A stretch of DNA of 61,686 bases, the filler included, from Sphacelaria rigidula (Eukaryota), in assembly GCA_964200075.2 (NCBI GenBank). It is 10 parts of 10 records of this genome, joined end to end, with 100 filler letters (N's around TTAATTAATTAA, not from the genome) between each part and the next. Parts side by side here need not be neighbours in the genome. Positions count along the whole stretch, not along the records: positions 37,075 to 43,152 come from CAXNAA020022384.1; positions 43,253 to 49,330 come from CAXNAA020022385.1; positions 49,431 to 55,508 come from CAXNAA020022386.1; 7 more parts are not named here. The stretch is one strand, 5' to 3'. Below the pieces are notes generated by a model. The model was not told where the DNA came from, ran no database searches, and saw only the letters and a program-made list of their open reading frames with translations. A program made the translations under genes and the position numbers. Positions 38,053-50,110 of this stretch are shown here, in pieces. The stretch's first letter is position 1, and each line of letters starts with the position of its first letter.

Positions 38053-38589
38053 GTACATTTCAACATTTCAGTTACAGAGTAGATGCACATCTTCTTTGAA
38101 ACGGAGCGCCAAATTTCACCTTCTACAGATGCTGAACTTTAGATAAACTATTATTATAATTCTAGTATACACACACATTATGGGAACCTCGGGTGCGGGC
38201 GGGTGCGGGCATTATCATACACTAATTCCAGTATGAATCGCCTGGACGGGTATGAACGATAGGTAAAAGTGAATGTGAAAAATACCGGAGCGTTGGGTGC
38301 CCGGGCAGCAGTTGTCCTCGTGCAGGATATAAAGATGAGTAAAAGTTATCGCAGACGAGCTTGGTACGCGATCGCGACTACGTGCTGGCCAAGTGGCGCG
38401 TCGTCAGACTTTGGTAACATGAATATTTTCAGCTTGTTTCGTCCACGATTTGGGGCAGAATCAGAGTCTGCGTCCCGTTTTCTACTTTTGGTACACGGGA
38501 CATATGTATGCCTTGCACCGGCAATTATCTGCGTCGGAAGCTTCCAACTCCAGAATAAGACAACACAACGTCAGCATTCAGTGCCGTTT

Positions 38590-38930
38590 TGCACCTGACT
38601 TGTTTTCACGTTCCTCCTTGTGTGCGAGAAGCTGTCGGTGTACCCACCAACCGGCAATCAGCGTCGTGAACTATCTGTTCTTGATGTAGTTATGCATTGT
38701 CTGTACTACAGAATAGATTACATGCGCGAAGCAATCATTTGCTTCGGATACGTTCGCGCCGGGAATCGATGACACCACGTCGGCATTCAGCGCCGAGCTG
38801 CACTAGACTTCGTTTCACATTCCTTCTCCTGTGCGAGAGGTTGTCGGTGCGCCCACCAGTAATGGGCGCCGTATACAGTTGCACTAGACTTCGACTTCAC
38901 GTTCCTTGTTGTGTGCGAGAACGTGTTTGT
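38590..38930 (+). repeat. three diverged direct copies of a ~60-bp motif (tgcactagacttcg...cac.ttcct...tgtgcgaga)
   Basis: Copies near 38590, 38799 and 38879. Confidence 0.6.
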
Positions 38931-39658
38931 TCGTGCGCCGTATCTTACGCCCTGGAAATAAGGCCGGTCCAGTTGTTGTTAGGGGTATATATTTCGAACT
39001 CGAGTTGCCTGATATATTGAACTGTAAATTACTGTGCACTTTACCGGGGATATCGAGCGTGAGATACCTCTACAAACCTCGAGAAAATCTACATTATGCC
39101 CACCGGGAACATTGCAGGACCACCGCAATCACGCGCCCGTTCGAACGGCCGCGAATGCATGTGTACCCCCGCACGAAATGTAGCACGAATCCGCGTACCG
39201 GACCCCCAGCATTGGCATTGGCCAGAACAGGAACTTGCAAACTAATTTCAGCATATATCTCGTGGATCCCTCGTTACAAAGTATGCTTCACGCTCGTGAG
39301 TCCGAAATATAATGTATATACTATAAATTCATAGATATGTTATTCCCTTTACTTGTAGAATCTTCGGCGGCGCAAACTTACGGGGAGTACACACGCCCCA
39401 AGTTCTTCATCTTGTCATTTTGTAGTCCTCGTGCGATGCTACAGTATCACGAGGGAAAACCGCCCCAAGTCCCAAAAACACATACACCGCATTTGCATTT
39501 CAATAACTTCGACATCTAGCAAAAAAATAATAGTTGTTTTTGACATGGAAAAAAGAAAATGGCGAGCATAGAGTAAATAGCATACCCTACACGTGAACCA
39601 GACGAACGGTGTCATTTTCCACCTGCCAAGAACAGATTCCGCATGGTTTTAACCCCAC

Positions 39659-39760
39659 CTTCCTCGCACAGCCCTCCCCATCGTCCGGCCCGAAAGCACA
39701 AAGTTCTCGAAGCTTGTCCTCGACGCTAGGAAACAGCTCTTCCGAGCGGATGATAGCGGC
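39659..39760 (-). CDS. internal exon, unknown protein (AAIIRSEELFPSVEDKLRELCAFGPDDGEGCARK)
   Basis: taccag|GCC ... AAG|gtgggg, 102 nt, phase 0/0. Confidence 0.6.
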
Positions 39761-40685
39761 CTGGTAATTATGGCCATTATTCACCAGGTGGCGGGGCGGT
39801 GACGGGGGGGGGACGTGCTCATTCGTTGCTTGCCTTCGTCATTTGACCAGTGACCACGCATCCCTTTCGAGACGGAGCACCGTTCCTACTCCAAATAGAG
39901 ACACCTCCAACATTAAGGTGCTCATTACGTTTCTTCCATACAGCACAAAAAAAGCTTTTACAATTCGTATCCCCGTCCCGTTTCATCGTCTGTGGTCGGT
40001 ATCTATCTCCTCGTTATCGTGGCGGAAGGGGGGGAAGCGGGCATAATGCATGGCACATTCGGAACAAAAAAAACGGTTTTTATGATGGGTGATGATGAAA
40101 AACGAAAAGAAAAAAAGTCACCAACAAAAATGACTTGACGAACTAAATCTACGTTAAGAACTGGAACAGAATGCATTTTCTAGTTAGTTGATTATATTTC
40201 CATACATCATGCAAGTGCATACTTGAGGTACTAGATTCGAGGGAGGCAACGCTCACCTCAAGATGATGGTGTACTAGTAGGGAGGGGGGCGATGATTTAC
40301 ACACACACACAAAGCACTTTCAAGGCAGCAACGAAATCCGCTGCTATAGTGGGAGAGGGTGATGAGACACTGTGACACCTCCATGATGAGACACCCGTAA
40401 GGCAATATATATAAGCCGTGGCTGTCTCTGGAAGTGGCCATACCAGAAAATAAAGCAACTCATTGTACGCTGTCATCCAAATGCAAGATGATCAGTGCGC
40501 TTCAGGCCGAATAATTTCACCAGGGTGCAGCTCACCCCCCATGCGACTCGCCTAACACATCACGGCGCTTCGCGCTTGGTGATCGATTGCGAGCCTGGCC
40601 CGGCGAAAATCCTGCGTGCTCCGTCCCGGTTTTGTACGGATGCGAGATCAATGGTCTTGAGACTACAGCATGCAAGACCATGCGT

Positions 40686-40727
<42 letters not shown>

Positions 40728-41609
40728 CCCCCCCCCCCGCCCCCCGCCTGCCGCCGCCCACCGGTGGCAGTCTACGTTACAGGTCTTGCTGCGTTNNNNN
40801 NNNNNCCTCCTTTTTTTGGTATGTTAACACCTGTTTTTTCGCAACAATACTCTGTCTATCACGCCTCCCCCCCCCCCCCCCCCCCCCCATGCCCCATGTT
40901 TTCATGTGTTGCCAGTGTGAGTAAGTGGACTCGGAGTAACGATGTATGTACACTGTATTCGAGGTACTGTATGTCGGTACTACTTGACCACGAGTCAGAA
41001 ATATAGTACTTTCGTGACGATTGAAAAAAAAGTGAGGCAGCTAAGACACGCTTGACAAAATGGACCACCACGCAAGTGAACTCGCGACCAACGCGCGCCA
41101 TGAAAATGAACTATTTGCTGTGTTGCAACTCGAATTCCCTCTATGTCCCTCGAAGGTCCCCGATATTCAACAAACGAGCCCGCCACGGAGTATGCTCGAT
41201 AGTGCGTCCGGCATCTTCCTCAAAACGTTTCCTGTTTTTCTCGGTGGGCGCCTGGGGATGTTTGTTTGATTCTCACTTGGTATCCATATATTTTCTACGG
41301 TGTACTCCTTGTTGTTCGTTCTAATTACCATCGTACGCCTCTCCAGTTTCTTCATACCTTGTTGACAGATCTGGTTTGCCCCTTTCACTGAACCCCGACC
41401 GACTCGGAGCGGAGGTTCTCCCCTGTTCTCATGCTCTATCTCTTATCAAATAACAACAAATGCTTCAAAGCAATACCGGGGAGAGATGGGTTCATCCCCT
41501 GAGACAACGGACTCGTCCCGAGGAAGGGGGAGTGTTCAAAGTTCCACAAAATCAAAATCAACAATAAATAAACGAAAATAATGTATTTTGTATTCATCTA
41601 CATACATAC

Positions 41610-41750
41610 CTTCCGCGGGTCCTGTTCCTCCGTGACGAGTAACCTTCTGTGGTTTCGAGTCGCCTCGTCGTCGTCGTCATTCTCCAGTCCCGACATAGCC
41701 TTCATCAGTTCAGCGAGGTACGTAATGTTCGCCTTCTCATCAGCGCAGCA
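41610..41750 (-). CDS. internal exon, probably the same gene as 39659-39760 (CCADEKANITYLAELMKAMSGLENDDDDEATRNHRRLLVTEEQDPRK)
   Basis: cctcag|TGC ... AAG|gtatgt, 141 nt, phase 0/0, same strand. Confidence 0.65.
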
Positions 41751-43152
41751 CTGAGGATCGTCGGGATCGAGGATGGCGCCCACGCCAAACAATCGGTGGA
41801 AGTCGTCGAACGCACTTGTTTTTTGTTTTTGTTTTTTTGGAGGGGCGTATGTGGACGGAGCAGGACAAGAAAACAGAGAGCGCCGAGTCGAGTTTCGATA
41901 ACTGGTGGATGCATAAATATATAGATATATATTTTCATCATTTCGTCAACCACTATTAGTATCATCTTCAACATTATATAACAATAGCGTTCAGCTATCT
42001 GACAGATGGCTTCCACCACTCACCCAACATGAATCAGTTCTCTTTTCACATTAACATGTAACAGCGCCCAGTCAAAATCAGATCCAACCCGATACCTTCT
42101 TTCTTACCTGCTCTATTTACGTTCATTTATCGGCAAAAAAAAAAAGCGTACCTCTCTGTAACCTTTTGCCACTTCATCACCAATGAAGACTTAGCAAAAA
42201 GAACAAAACAATATCCGTGATCCTCGCCCCCCAAAATACGCCTGCACTACTGATGGAATGTTTCCGGTGACATTCGGAACATTTTTCTACAGGCTTGCCG
42301 CGGGTCAGAGACGTCGCAGTGGGGGGTTTCAAGCTCTAGACACCATGATCCTGCAGCGGTGTAGACACGTTAGCCGGAACCAGAGTTCGGCAATTCGTTT
42401 GCTTATCGTGCAATATGCTCATCACGTGCGCTCTGCCACCAATTCATCGCCCGAAATACGCGTAAAGCGCGCTGTACAGGCAGGTCCTACGGCAGGAATC
42501 ACGTTTGGAAAAAAAACACACACACACGTGATAAAAATAGATGATGGTGATGATCACGCCCAAGCCATCAATGATTCTACCATAGAGGTGCGCTTTTTCT
42601 CTTAGTCCAATTTTTTTCTGAAGTTGCACAGACGAAGGCCTAGATGATTGTTATCGACAGGCTCCTACAGTGTTTGTTAGGCCTCAGAAAAAAAGTGTCT
42701 ACCCCTGCAGTAGAACCACTTCCACGTTCGTCCCTTGCTTTTATAGACCGTGCGGGACATCGATCCACAGCGCGAGCCAGGTACGATTCAACAGTTGTGT
42801 TCACAGTTTCGAAAAATGAAAAAAATAATAGAAGAGAAGGTAAACACAGACCCCGACACAGACACAGACACGCACATTTGTTTTGTTCCCATACGAAGTA
42901 CACAACTATTTTTGACATCTGTTTTTGACTTCACGAATGCAATTGCGATAATCAACAGAAACGTTTCAGCGTGCTTCTTTGAAAAGCCCTCGACTCGCGC
43001 GGTAACAAAAACTCACGAGACTTTGGTCGAGCGGACAAAAAATTCTCCCAACATGAAAAAAAAAAAAAAACATGCATGCATGGTGCGGACGAATAAAAGC
43101 AAGAAAAAAAAAAAAAAACGACGAGTTTAAAAAGTCTGACGAGAGAGGGAAG

Positions 43153-43252
43153 NNNNNNNNNNNNNNNNNNNNNNNNNNNNNNNNNNNNNNNNNNNNTTAA
43201 TTAATTAANNNNNNNNNNNNNNNNNNNNNNNNNNNNNNNNNNNNNNNNNNNN
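43153..43252. other. artificial contig spacer
   Basis: 44 N + TTAATTAATTAA + 44 N. Confidence 0.99.
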
Positions 43253-43450
43253 CCCTACCCGCCTAATCCGGTATTTTGAAATCTCATACCTACGATACCC
43301 ACGATACCACGGTATCTCGACATTTCCATACCTATCCTACCCGCCAAATCCGGTATTTTGAAGTCTCATACCTACGCATACCACGGTATGGGATACCCCG
43401 GTAAATACCGGGGGTACGCTCGGTACCGTACCTTACCTACGGTGCCTGTG
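43253..43450. mobile_element. repeat-rich end of a probable TIR element
   Basis: Duplicated cctacccgc..aatccggtattttgaa.tctcatacctacg and many ataccc/ggtat motifs at a contig start. Similar composition at ~530-770. Confidence 0.5.
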
Positions 43451-44410
43451 GAAGATTTGAAATTTCAGCCAAAACAAGATAATGTCAGAAGTCCAGGACA
43501 AAAACGGGAATCTGCAGCTGCTCGTGGAATGCATCATTTCCTTGGGTGCAAAAGGTCTTCGTGAAATTTCAGTTCAAGAGTCGTCGAATTAGGCCGTGCG
43601 TGCAACGGTTGGCGTGACGCTGCTGCACCCCACTAATACCCAGTGCGGAGTGACTGCCGACGTGAACCCGTCGCATGAACAAATTGCACTCCGACACGCT
43701 TTCGCCCAACGATATGAAGCGCACCCTGTACTCTATACAGTACATGGACGTCATCAGTGCATGAGTGTCATCGGCAATACGACGCCAATCAGAGCAACGC
43801 GATCTTTCATCAGGTGAGTCTGCAGGTTACGGTGATGTGCTTACATCGGGTCCATTCGGGAAACTGGGAAAGCTGTGGTGTGAGCAACTTCTAGCCGCCT
43901 TCAAGCTGGCCCAGCTGGTACCTAAATGGAACGTAAATGCGTACAAAAGCACGCCACCCCTCCGTCTTGAGGTTTTGGGCGATATCGAAGACCAAAGCCC
44001 TGTTACGTGTTCTCGCGAATCTCCGCAAAAATACGAGTTCAGGATCTACCGATGTGCCAATAGATGGAAGTGCGAGAGTGGGCACGGCCATGTGAACAGG
44101 AGTCAGCGACAAAACCAGCACAATCTGTGTGTTGTGGTCCCAACCATTCTGAACGCCAGTCTTCTTAGTACCCCACCTTTTGCGGTGCTCCCCCTTGCTT
44201 TTGATCGCGAGAGGGGTTCGGCATTCCCTTTCCCTCATCGATCGGCAAGTCGAATTTTGTGTTTTGAAAAACATCCACGAGGACTCACCTGTCCCGTCCT
44301 CGTGAAAGCTCTCATTATTAAGGTGAGCATGGCTTCTAAGGGCAACATTCGACGTACCTCAGGTAGTCCGGCCTTGTTACACACATTTGTGGCGTTCTTC
44401 TTTTTCCATC

Positions 44411-44443
44411 TGGGTGGTGTTGAATAAACACCAGGGTTTGTTG
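44411..44443 (-). promoter_or_regulatory. histone mRNA 3' stem-loop-like element of H1
   Basis: Minus strand CAACAAACCCT-GGTGTT-TATTC-AACACC-ACCCA. The stem starts 54 nt after the stop; 32/33 identical to the H4 element. Confidence 0.85.
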
Positions 44444-44486
44444 GGGTGGGTGCCCGGTAGGACAGATTTTGAATGTAAGCTGAACT

Positions 44487-44813
44487 TTAAGCGGCAGGTT
44501 TGGAGGCAGACTTCTTGGGGGCCGATTTCTTCGGAGCAGCCTTCTTGGCGGCGGGCTTTTTTTTTACGGTCTTCTTCTTGGGAGTGCCACTCGTCTTCTT
44601 GGTCACCGTCTTCTTCTTGACGACCTTCTTCTTGGGAGTGCCGTCCGCCTTCTTCGTCGCAGACTTCTTGACGACCTTTTTCACCACCTTCTTCGGCGTC
44701 TTCTTCACGACCTTTTTCTTGGCGGGCTTCTTCACCACCTTCTTCACGACTTTCTTCTTCGGCTTCGGCGCCGGTTTCTTCGCTTCAGCTGACAGCTTGT
44801 ACGAGCTCTTCAC
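44487..44813 (-). CDS. H1: histone H1, exon 3 (VKSSYKL plus Lys/Ala/Pro/Val-rich tail)
   Basis: cgcag|GTG AAG AGC TCG TAC AAG CTG completes the globular domain; typical basic tail ending in TAA. Confidence 0.95.
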   Translation of the reverse strand: MKSSYKLSAEAKKPAPKPKKKVVKKVVKKPAKKKVVKKTPKKVVKKVVKKSATKKADGTPKKKVVKKKTVTKKTSGTPKKKTVKKKPAAKKAAPKKSAPKKSASKPAA

Positions 44814-45673
44814 CTGCGTTCACGAAAATCTTTGTTACTCAATCTTCTAACGTCATGCCGACATGGTGACAGGTGTCGCCTCGTGAACATATACAATGTT
44901 ATGGATGGGCGTTGTCGATACTCGTGATGGCATTGCGCAAGATTGTTCCTCTGAATCCTGACTGCCATGATACTGCCCCGCCAGCACTAAAGTTTAGGAA
45001 TCATTTCATGCTCTGAACAGTGATGACTCAGGGAGGAAACCACAAATCTATACAGACCCTACCGTCCGCAAAATCGTTGCGACTCAGATTTCAAAAAGTC
45101 GGATCCGTGGGGACCCCATCATGAGTCCACGTATACCGGGATAGTTTCTCAGGGATGCCGGGGCAAACGACTTTGGCTCGCACCATGCTGTGTGAACTCA
45201 TCTGACCATACTGTTGTTTCCTGTGCAGGGGCTGTCCGCAACGGGTTTCGACTGCTTGCGTTGCACTGAATTGATGATGGTTTCACTTTTTTCCGAAGCT
45301 TGTGTGATAGTTCATCCGACAGGTCGGCTGTGGAGTACCTTGGGCGGCAGCACCCGCCGCAACGAATAAAAAAACATCAGGTCAAATGTGATCGTTCCTC
45401 GCATAGTTTTCAAAATATTGCCCTTCGGAACATCGATTTTTTGGGAACGCGGTGATAGCTTCAAACAACTCGTCCAGAACGGACTTGGACGTCTCTTTCG
45501 CAACGCAGGAGCAGCGCAATGTGTCGAAGAACCCCAGGCAGCACATTCGGACGCTGTTTTCCTTATGCAACGGCTCTGTTCGGTCAACGCACACGATAAT
45601 GACTCCTCTGCTCTTCAGTCCCTCATATTCATCTTGACATCCAAGCCAAGTCTCCTGGATGCCACGTGCTCAC

Positions 45674-45838
45674 CTTGATGAACTTTCCGGACTCGGTGCC
45701 CTTCTTGAGGGCGGCACGGAGCTGGTGGGGAGCGAATTTGGTGGCAAGTTCGGGGTGGGTCGTCACCATGTACTTCTTGATCGCGGCCAGGCTCGAGCCG
45801 TTGCGCTCCTTGAGGGCCTTTATGGCCTCGAAGACCAT
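45674..45838 (-). CDS. H1: histone H1, exon 2 (winged-helix globular domain)
   Basis: MVFEAIKALKERNGSSLAAIKKY...ALKKGTESGKFIK; ctcag| acceptor and |gtgag donor, 165 nt, phase 0. Confidence 0.95.
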
Positions 45839-46144
45839 CTGAGATTCACAGAGACATCACGCACAAGACAAGTGCATTGGGGGCGGAGAGCAGGTATTGA
45901 TGGTGAGATGTACCGCCTGCACAGGAGGAACGTGAGAGGTGCGATGCCTCCATGGACGGCTGACCCAGGACCAAATCCTGCGCACAAAGTAGTACCCTCC
46001 AGTCCACTGCGTGGAAGTCGACGCTGACACACGTAGTACCGTAGAGTAGATATCCCAACGGTCAACCTACAGCAGAGAGATCAATCGCCGTCAACACACC
46101 CGCGCTCATGACACAGCAAACACCTGGCCCACGGTCAACCTCAC

Positions 46145-46162
46145 CTCGTTGTACGTGGGCAT
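46145..46162 (-). CDS. H1: histone H1, exon 1 (MPTYNE)
   Basis: ATG CCC ACG TAC AAC GAG|gtgag supplies the conserved P-x-Y-x-x-M start of the H1 globular domain. Full protein is 169 aa. Confidence 0.85.
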
Positions 46163-46791
<629 letters not shown>

Positions 46792-46876
46792 ACCTCACTG
46801 TTCAGGTTCCAACCTCATCATAGTCTCGGGGCCAACTGTCCTCCGCCGCAAGCATGGGATGACCCCCACAAACCGA

Positions 46877-46909
46877 CAACAAACCCTGGTGTTTACTCAA
46901 CACCACCCA
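46877..46909 (+). promoter_or_regulatory. histone mRNA 3' stem-loop-like element of H4
   Basis: CAACAAACCCT-GGTGTT-TACTC-AACACC-ACCCA. The stem starts 96 nt after the stop. Confidence 0.85.
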
Positions 46910-49330
46910 CCTTGAAACCGGAAAGACGTCTCGTGTGTGGTACTTGAATCTCTGCTATTGAAGTGGTGGGGACTTGTCCGTGGACTCTCGTATCGGTGAG
47001 AATCGAGGACACTCATGTACCGGGGAGCTTGCAAACGGGGATACCCTGACGCATATTTTTGTGCATCTAGAATCGTTAGGAGCCCCTGTACTAGACATGA
47101 TTTCGCGGAATAAGTGCACCCCTACCGTAGCATTGCTCACATGGTGTTGCTGGTGCCCCGCTCAAAATGGGACCAAAAGCACTCGTTCAAAGGACCCTGT
47201 ACTGTGGCGAAGTCAGGCCATTTCCACATTTGCGTGCTTTTAACTGCAGGTGTAAGATGCTGCGTGTCAGTTGCATCTCGGGGCATTCCCTTCAGTTGAC
47301 GTTCAAAAGCGCAGCCCCATCACGGATTCACTCGTGTTTCTGATGATGTCTTGGCAAATCATCTGTCAATCGAACAAGTGTATCGGAAAACAGAAATTGT
47401 GATCTGATCGAGCTGGGCCAGCCTAGATACGGATTTAAGCTCTCGAAGCAATATCTGATGGACACAGACGAGCTGGTCCGTGATCGGCATATCCTATTGA
47501 TCGTCTAGTCAAGGGGGAGGTGCCCATCCGCTCAAAAAAACTGAGTCAGTATTTTCTCCTTGATTAATCCCATGTCTATAATAGTAATTCCTAGACCTGA
47601 CGGAGATGATCGCGTCAACACTGAAATCCATGTGAAACCCCGAACGATACATTCAGCGGATGACAATTTCTGTTGTGGACCTTCCCTGGAGCACGGGGAG
47701 ACAAAAGATACCCTCAACTTCACCTAATTCGTGATCTATCTCGAGATATCGCGCACATGAGTTTCCATTATTATTATTACTAAGATTTATATATTACAAG
47801 CGGAGGCACTAGATGCCCAAAACTGGGTATCCCGCCTCAGTTTTTGAGAGTTGTGCTATGAAATTGCGTACGAGTATTGAGAACTGCTACTGTATGTAGT
47901 GTAAAATACAATATACATGAGGGCTTCTCATTTTTTCTTCATTTTTTCTCGTGTTTCAGTGAAGTTCCGGGGACAAATGAACATTGCCCTGAGGCCTTAT
48001 CTCAATTGTTTAGTTCTATTTTTAAAATTGTGATTTTAGCTTGGAGAACCACGAAGGCGTACCGAATGAAAAAATGGGCATTCCCTTTTTTTCATAGACG
48101 TCAGGGCGTCCTCGTGAAAACATGGTGTTCACCATACTAAAACACCCTAAACCATTGAAAAAAATCAAAAAATCAACCTGACCCACTGAAATTATGCCAT
48201 AGCGAGGGCCGACGCAAAATTTCAATACACAAAAACCAAACCTGGGCCGGTGAGTGGCGTGCGAAGTACTGTCCCGAATTTCTACCGACCCGATGTGCGA
48301 AAGGCGAACGCGCCGGCCGATATTTAGAGTTGGAGCGTATAATTTGGTATGGACACTGCATACGGCATGAAAAAAAAATAACAGGTAGTCTCTGCCAGAC
48401 GATATGGACAAAACGACTTTCAACGACGGACTCCTCCAGTATCACTGGCCTTAAATGATCAGTTTTCAGGTATCAGTAAAATACCCTTAAAACTCATGAA
48501 AAAAAACTTGTGTGTAGTCGTTTGTTTGTTTTTTAATGCCCCATGCATTGTCCATACCAAATCTCCTAGTTTATATATTGGGCGGCGCATGGGCCTGCAA
48601 ACTTCAAATCCGCCTCTAGGCTGGCCCAGCTCGTATGTAGATCGTGATTTCAAGTAATATCGTCGTTTATTTTGAAATCATCACGTACCAGATCGGAGTT
48701 TTCCTTTTACGCCGCATATTTTCGATCAAAAAATAATTTGCTGAGACACCCCTCGAGACACGTCCTAGTACAACAGCAGAATGATGCTAAACCGCAAGAT
48801 AGTCAATAACCTGGTCCTTGTTCCCTCCCGGAACTGCATATTAATTATTTTTTAGTCACGCTTTCAACTTCTGCCCTTCCTCGGGACCAGGGTTTCAAAA
48901 GGTCTGCAGGCTCGATATGCGGCCCCCCGGAGGGCGCCGGCTGCGTGGGCCCCCTCCCGGAGGGGCCCTGCGGAGCGGGGAAAAAGGGCTTCTCCACTTC
49001 AAAATACCCTCAAAATTAGTCAAGATGTGAAATGGGTTAGATCGTGGGCTGTAATGTATGATTTGGCTGTTTTTTTAATTAGCGACCCGGTTGGGTGGAT
49101 CCATCCTGGCCGGCACGAAAATACACGTGATCAGCTCTGCTGAAAAAGTCACCCATGACCATCCTTGAACCCGTTCAGGAACATGAACACGTGCGAATAC
49201 GAACACGCGGAAAAGACGTCTAACGCTGGTCATGTGAAAGTCTTGGAGTGACTACTGTAAACAATGTTTTCGTGAGATTGAGAATCTTCGATACGATTGA
49301 GAATAGGGGTAAGGCAAGCCGTCAGCGGTC

Positions 49331-49430
49331 NNNNNNNNNNNNNNNNNNNNNNNNNNNNNNNNNNNNNNNNNNNNTTAATTAATTAANNNNNNNNNNNNNN
49401 NNNNNNNNNNNNNNNNNNNNNNNNNNNNNN
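49331..49430. other. artificial contig spacer
   Basis: 44 N + TTAATTAATTAA + 44 N. Confidence 0.99.
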
Positions 49431-49899
49431 CACACGTGGAATAAAAAAATGACTCACTTTAAGCGAATGACCAAAGCCACTCTCAATCGTATAATCTACT
49501 CTCAATCTCACGAAAACACTGTTGTAAGTCAAGCTTGGGTTTGGGGTACGAGTATGATCAGGCTTCATAGGGGATGACTAGGGGTTACTAAAATGAGCAC
49601 TGTAAGCCCATTGCTGCCCCATCTACGTAGGTACCAAATGTCATCGTCCTAAAGCGTCTATCCATCGGTAAGAACGAGTGAAAGAGCGCTGTCTGAGCAT
49701 GAACGAGGACCAATAATAAAGAGGTGAGGATTCCTGGGACGCCGAGAGACATTACCGACGAGTGTTAGTCGCGCGATATACAATATTGCTGCGCGCGGAA
49801 CAAAACGAGGTATCTGTTCGACATCCAGTGCCTTGCTAAGCGTGTTGACCACGCAGACCAGGACAATCCCTTGACAGTCAGCGTCGACATATATGATTT

Positions 49900-50110
49900 T
49901 TGGTGATCATCGACGAGTCCACACGTCCTTGGGTCATGAAAAATCGGTACATTGATCTGTACTGCCTCATTCGTATTACGCGCACCCTAGCGCTACTTGA
50001 ACGCTTCTACTGGTGGATTGGCACATGGAAACCTCCACCCGCTTTTGGATGCAATATTTCATATGTCAAGCTCAGAAACCTTCGCGACAGATAGCACGCT
50101 GGCCCGATAT
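49900..50110 (+). mobile_element. decayed Ty3/Gypsy LTR-retrotransposon integrase zinc-binding region
   Basis: RPWVM...TRTLALLERFYWWIG followed, after a frameshift, by CQAQKPSRQIARWP. Matches the G..RT...L...YWW..M...C..CQ..K pattern of Ty3/Gypsy integrases. Confidence 0.65.

Noticed and set aside
44814..45673. Box C/D snoRNAs in H1 intron 2
   Set aside because: The TGATGA motifs (~45021, ~45272) are antisense to H1 and lack a suitably spaced CTGA with a terminal stem.
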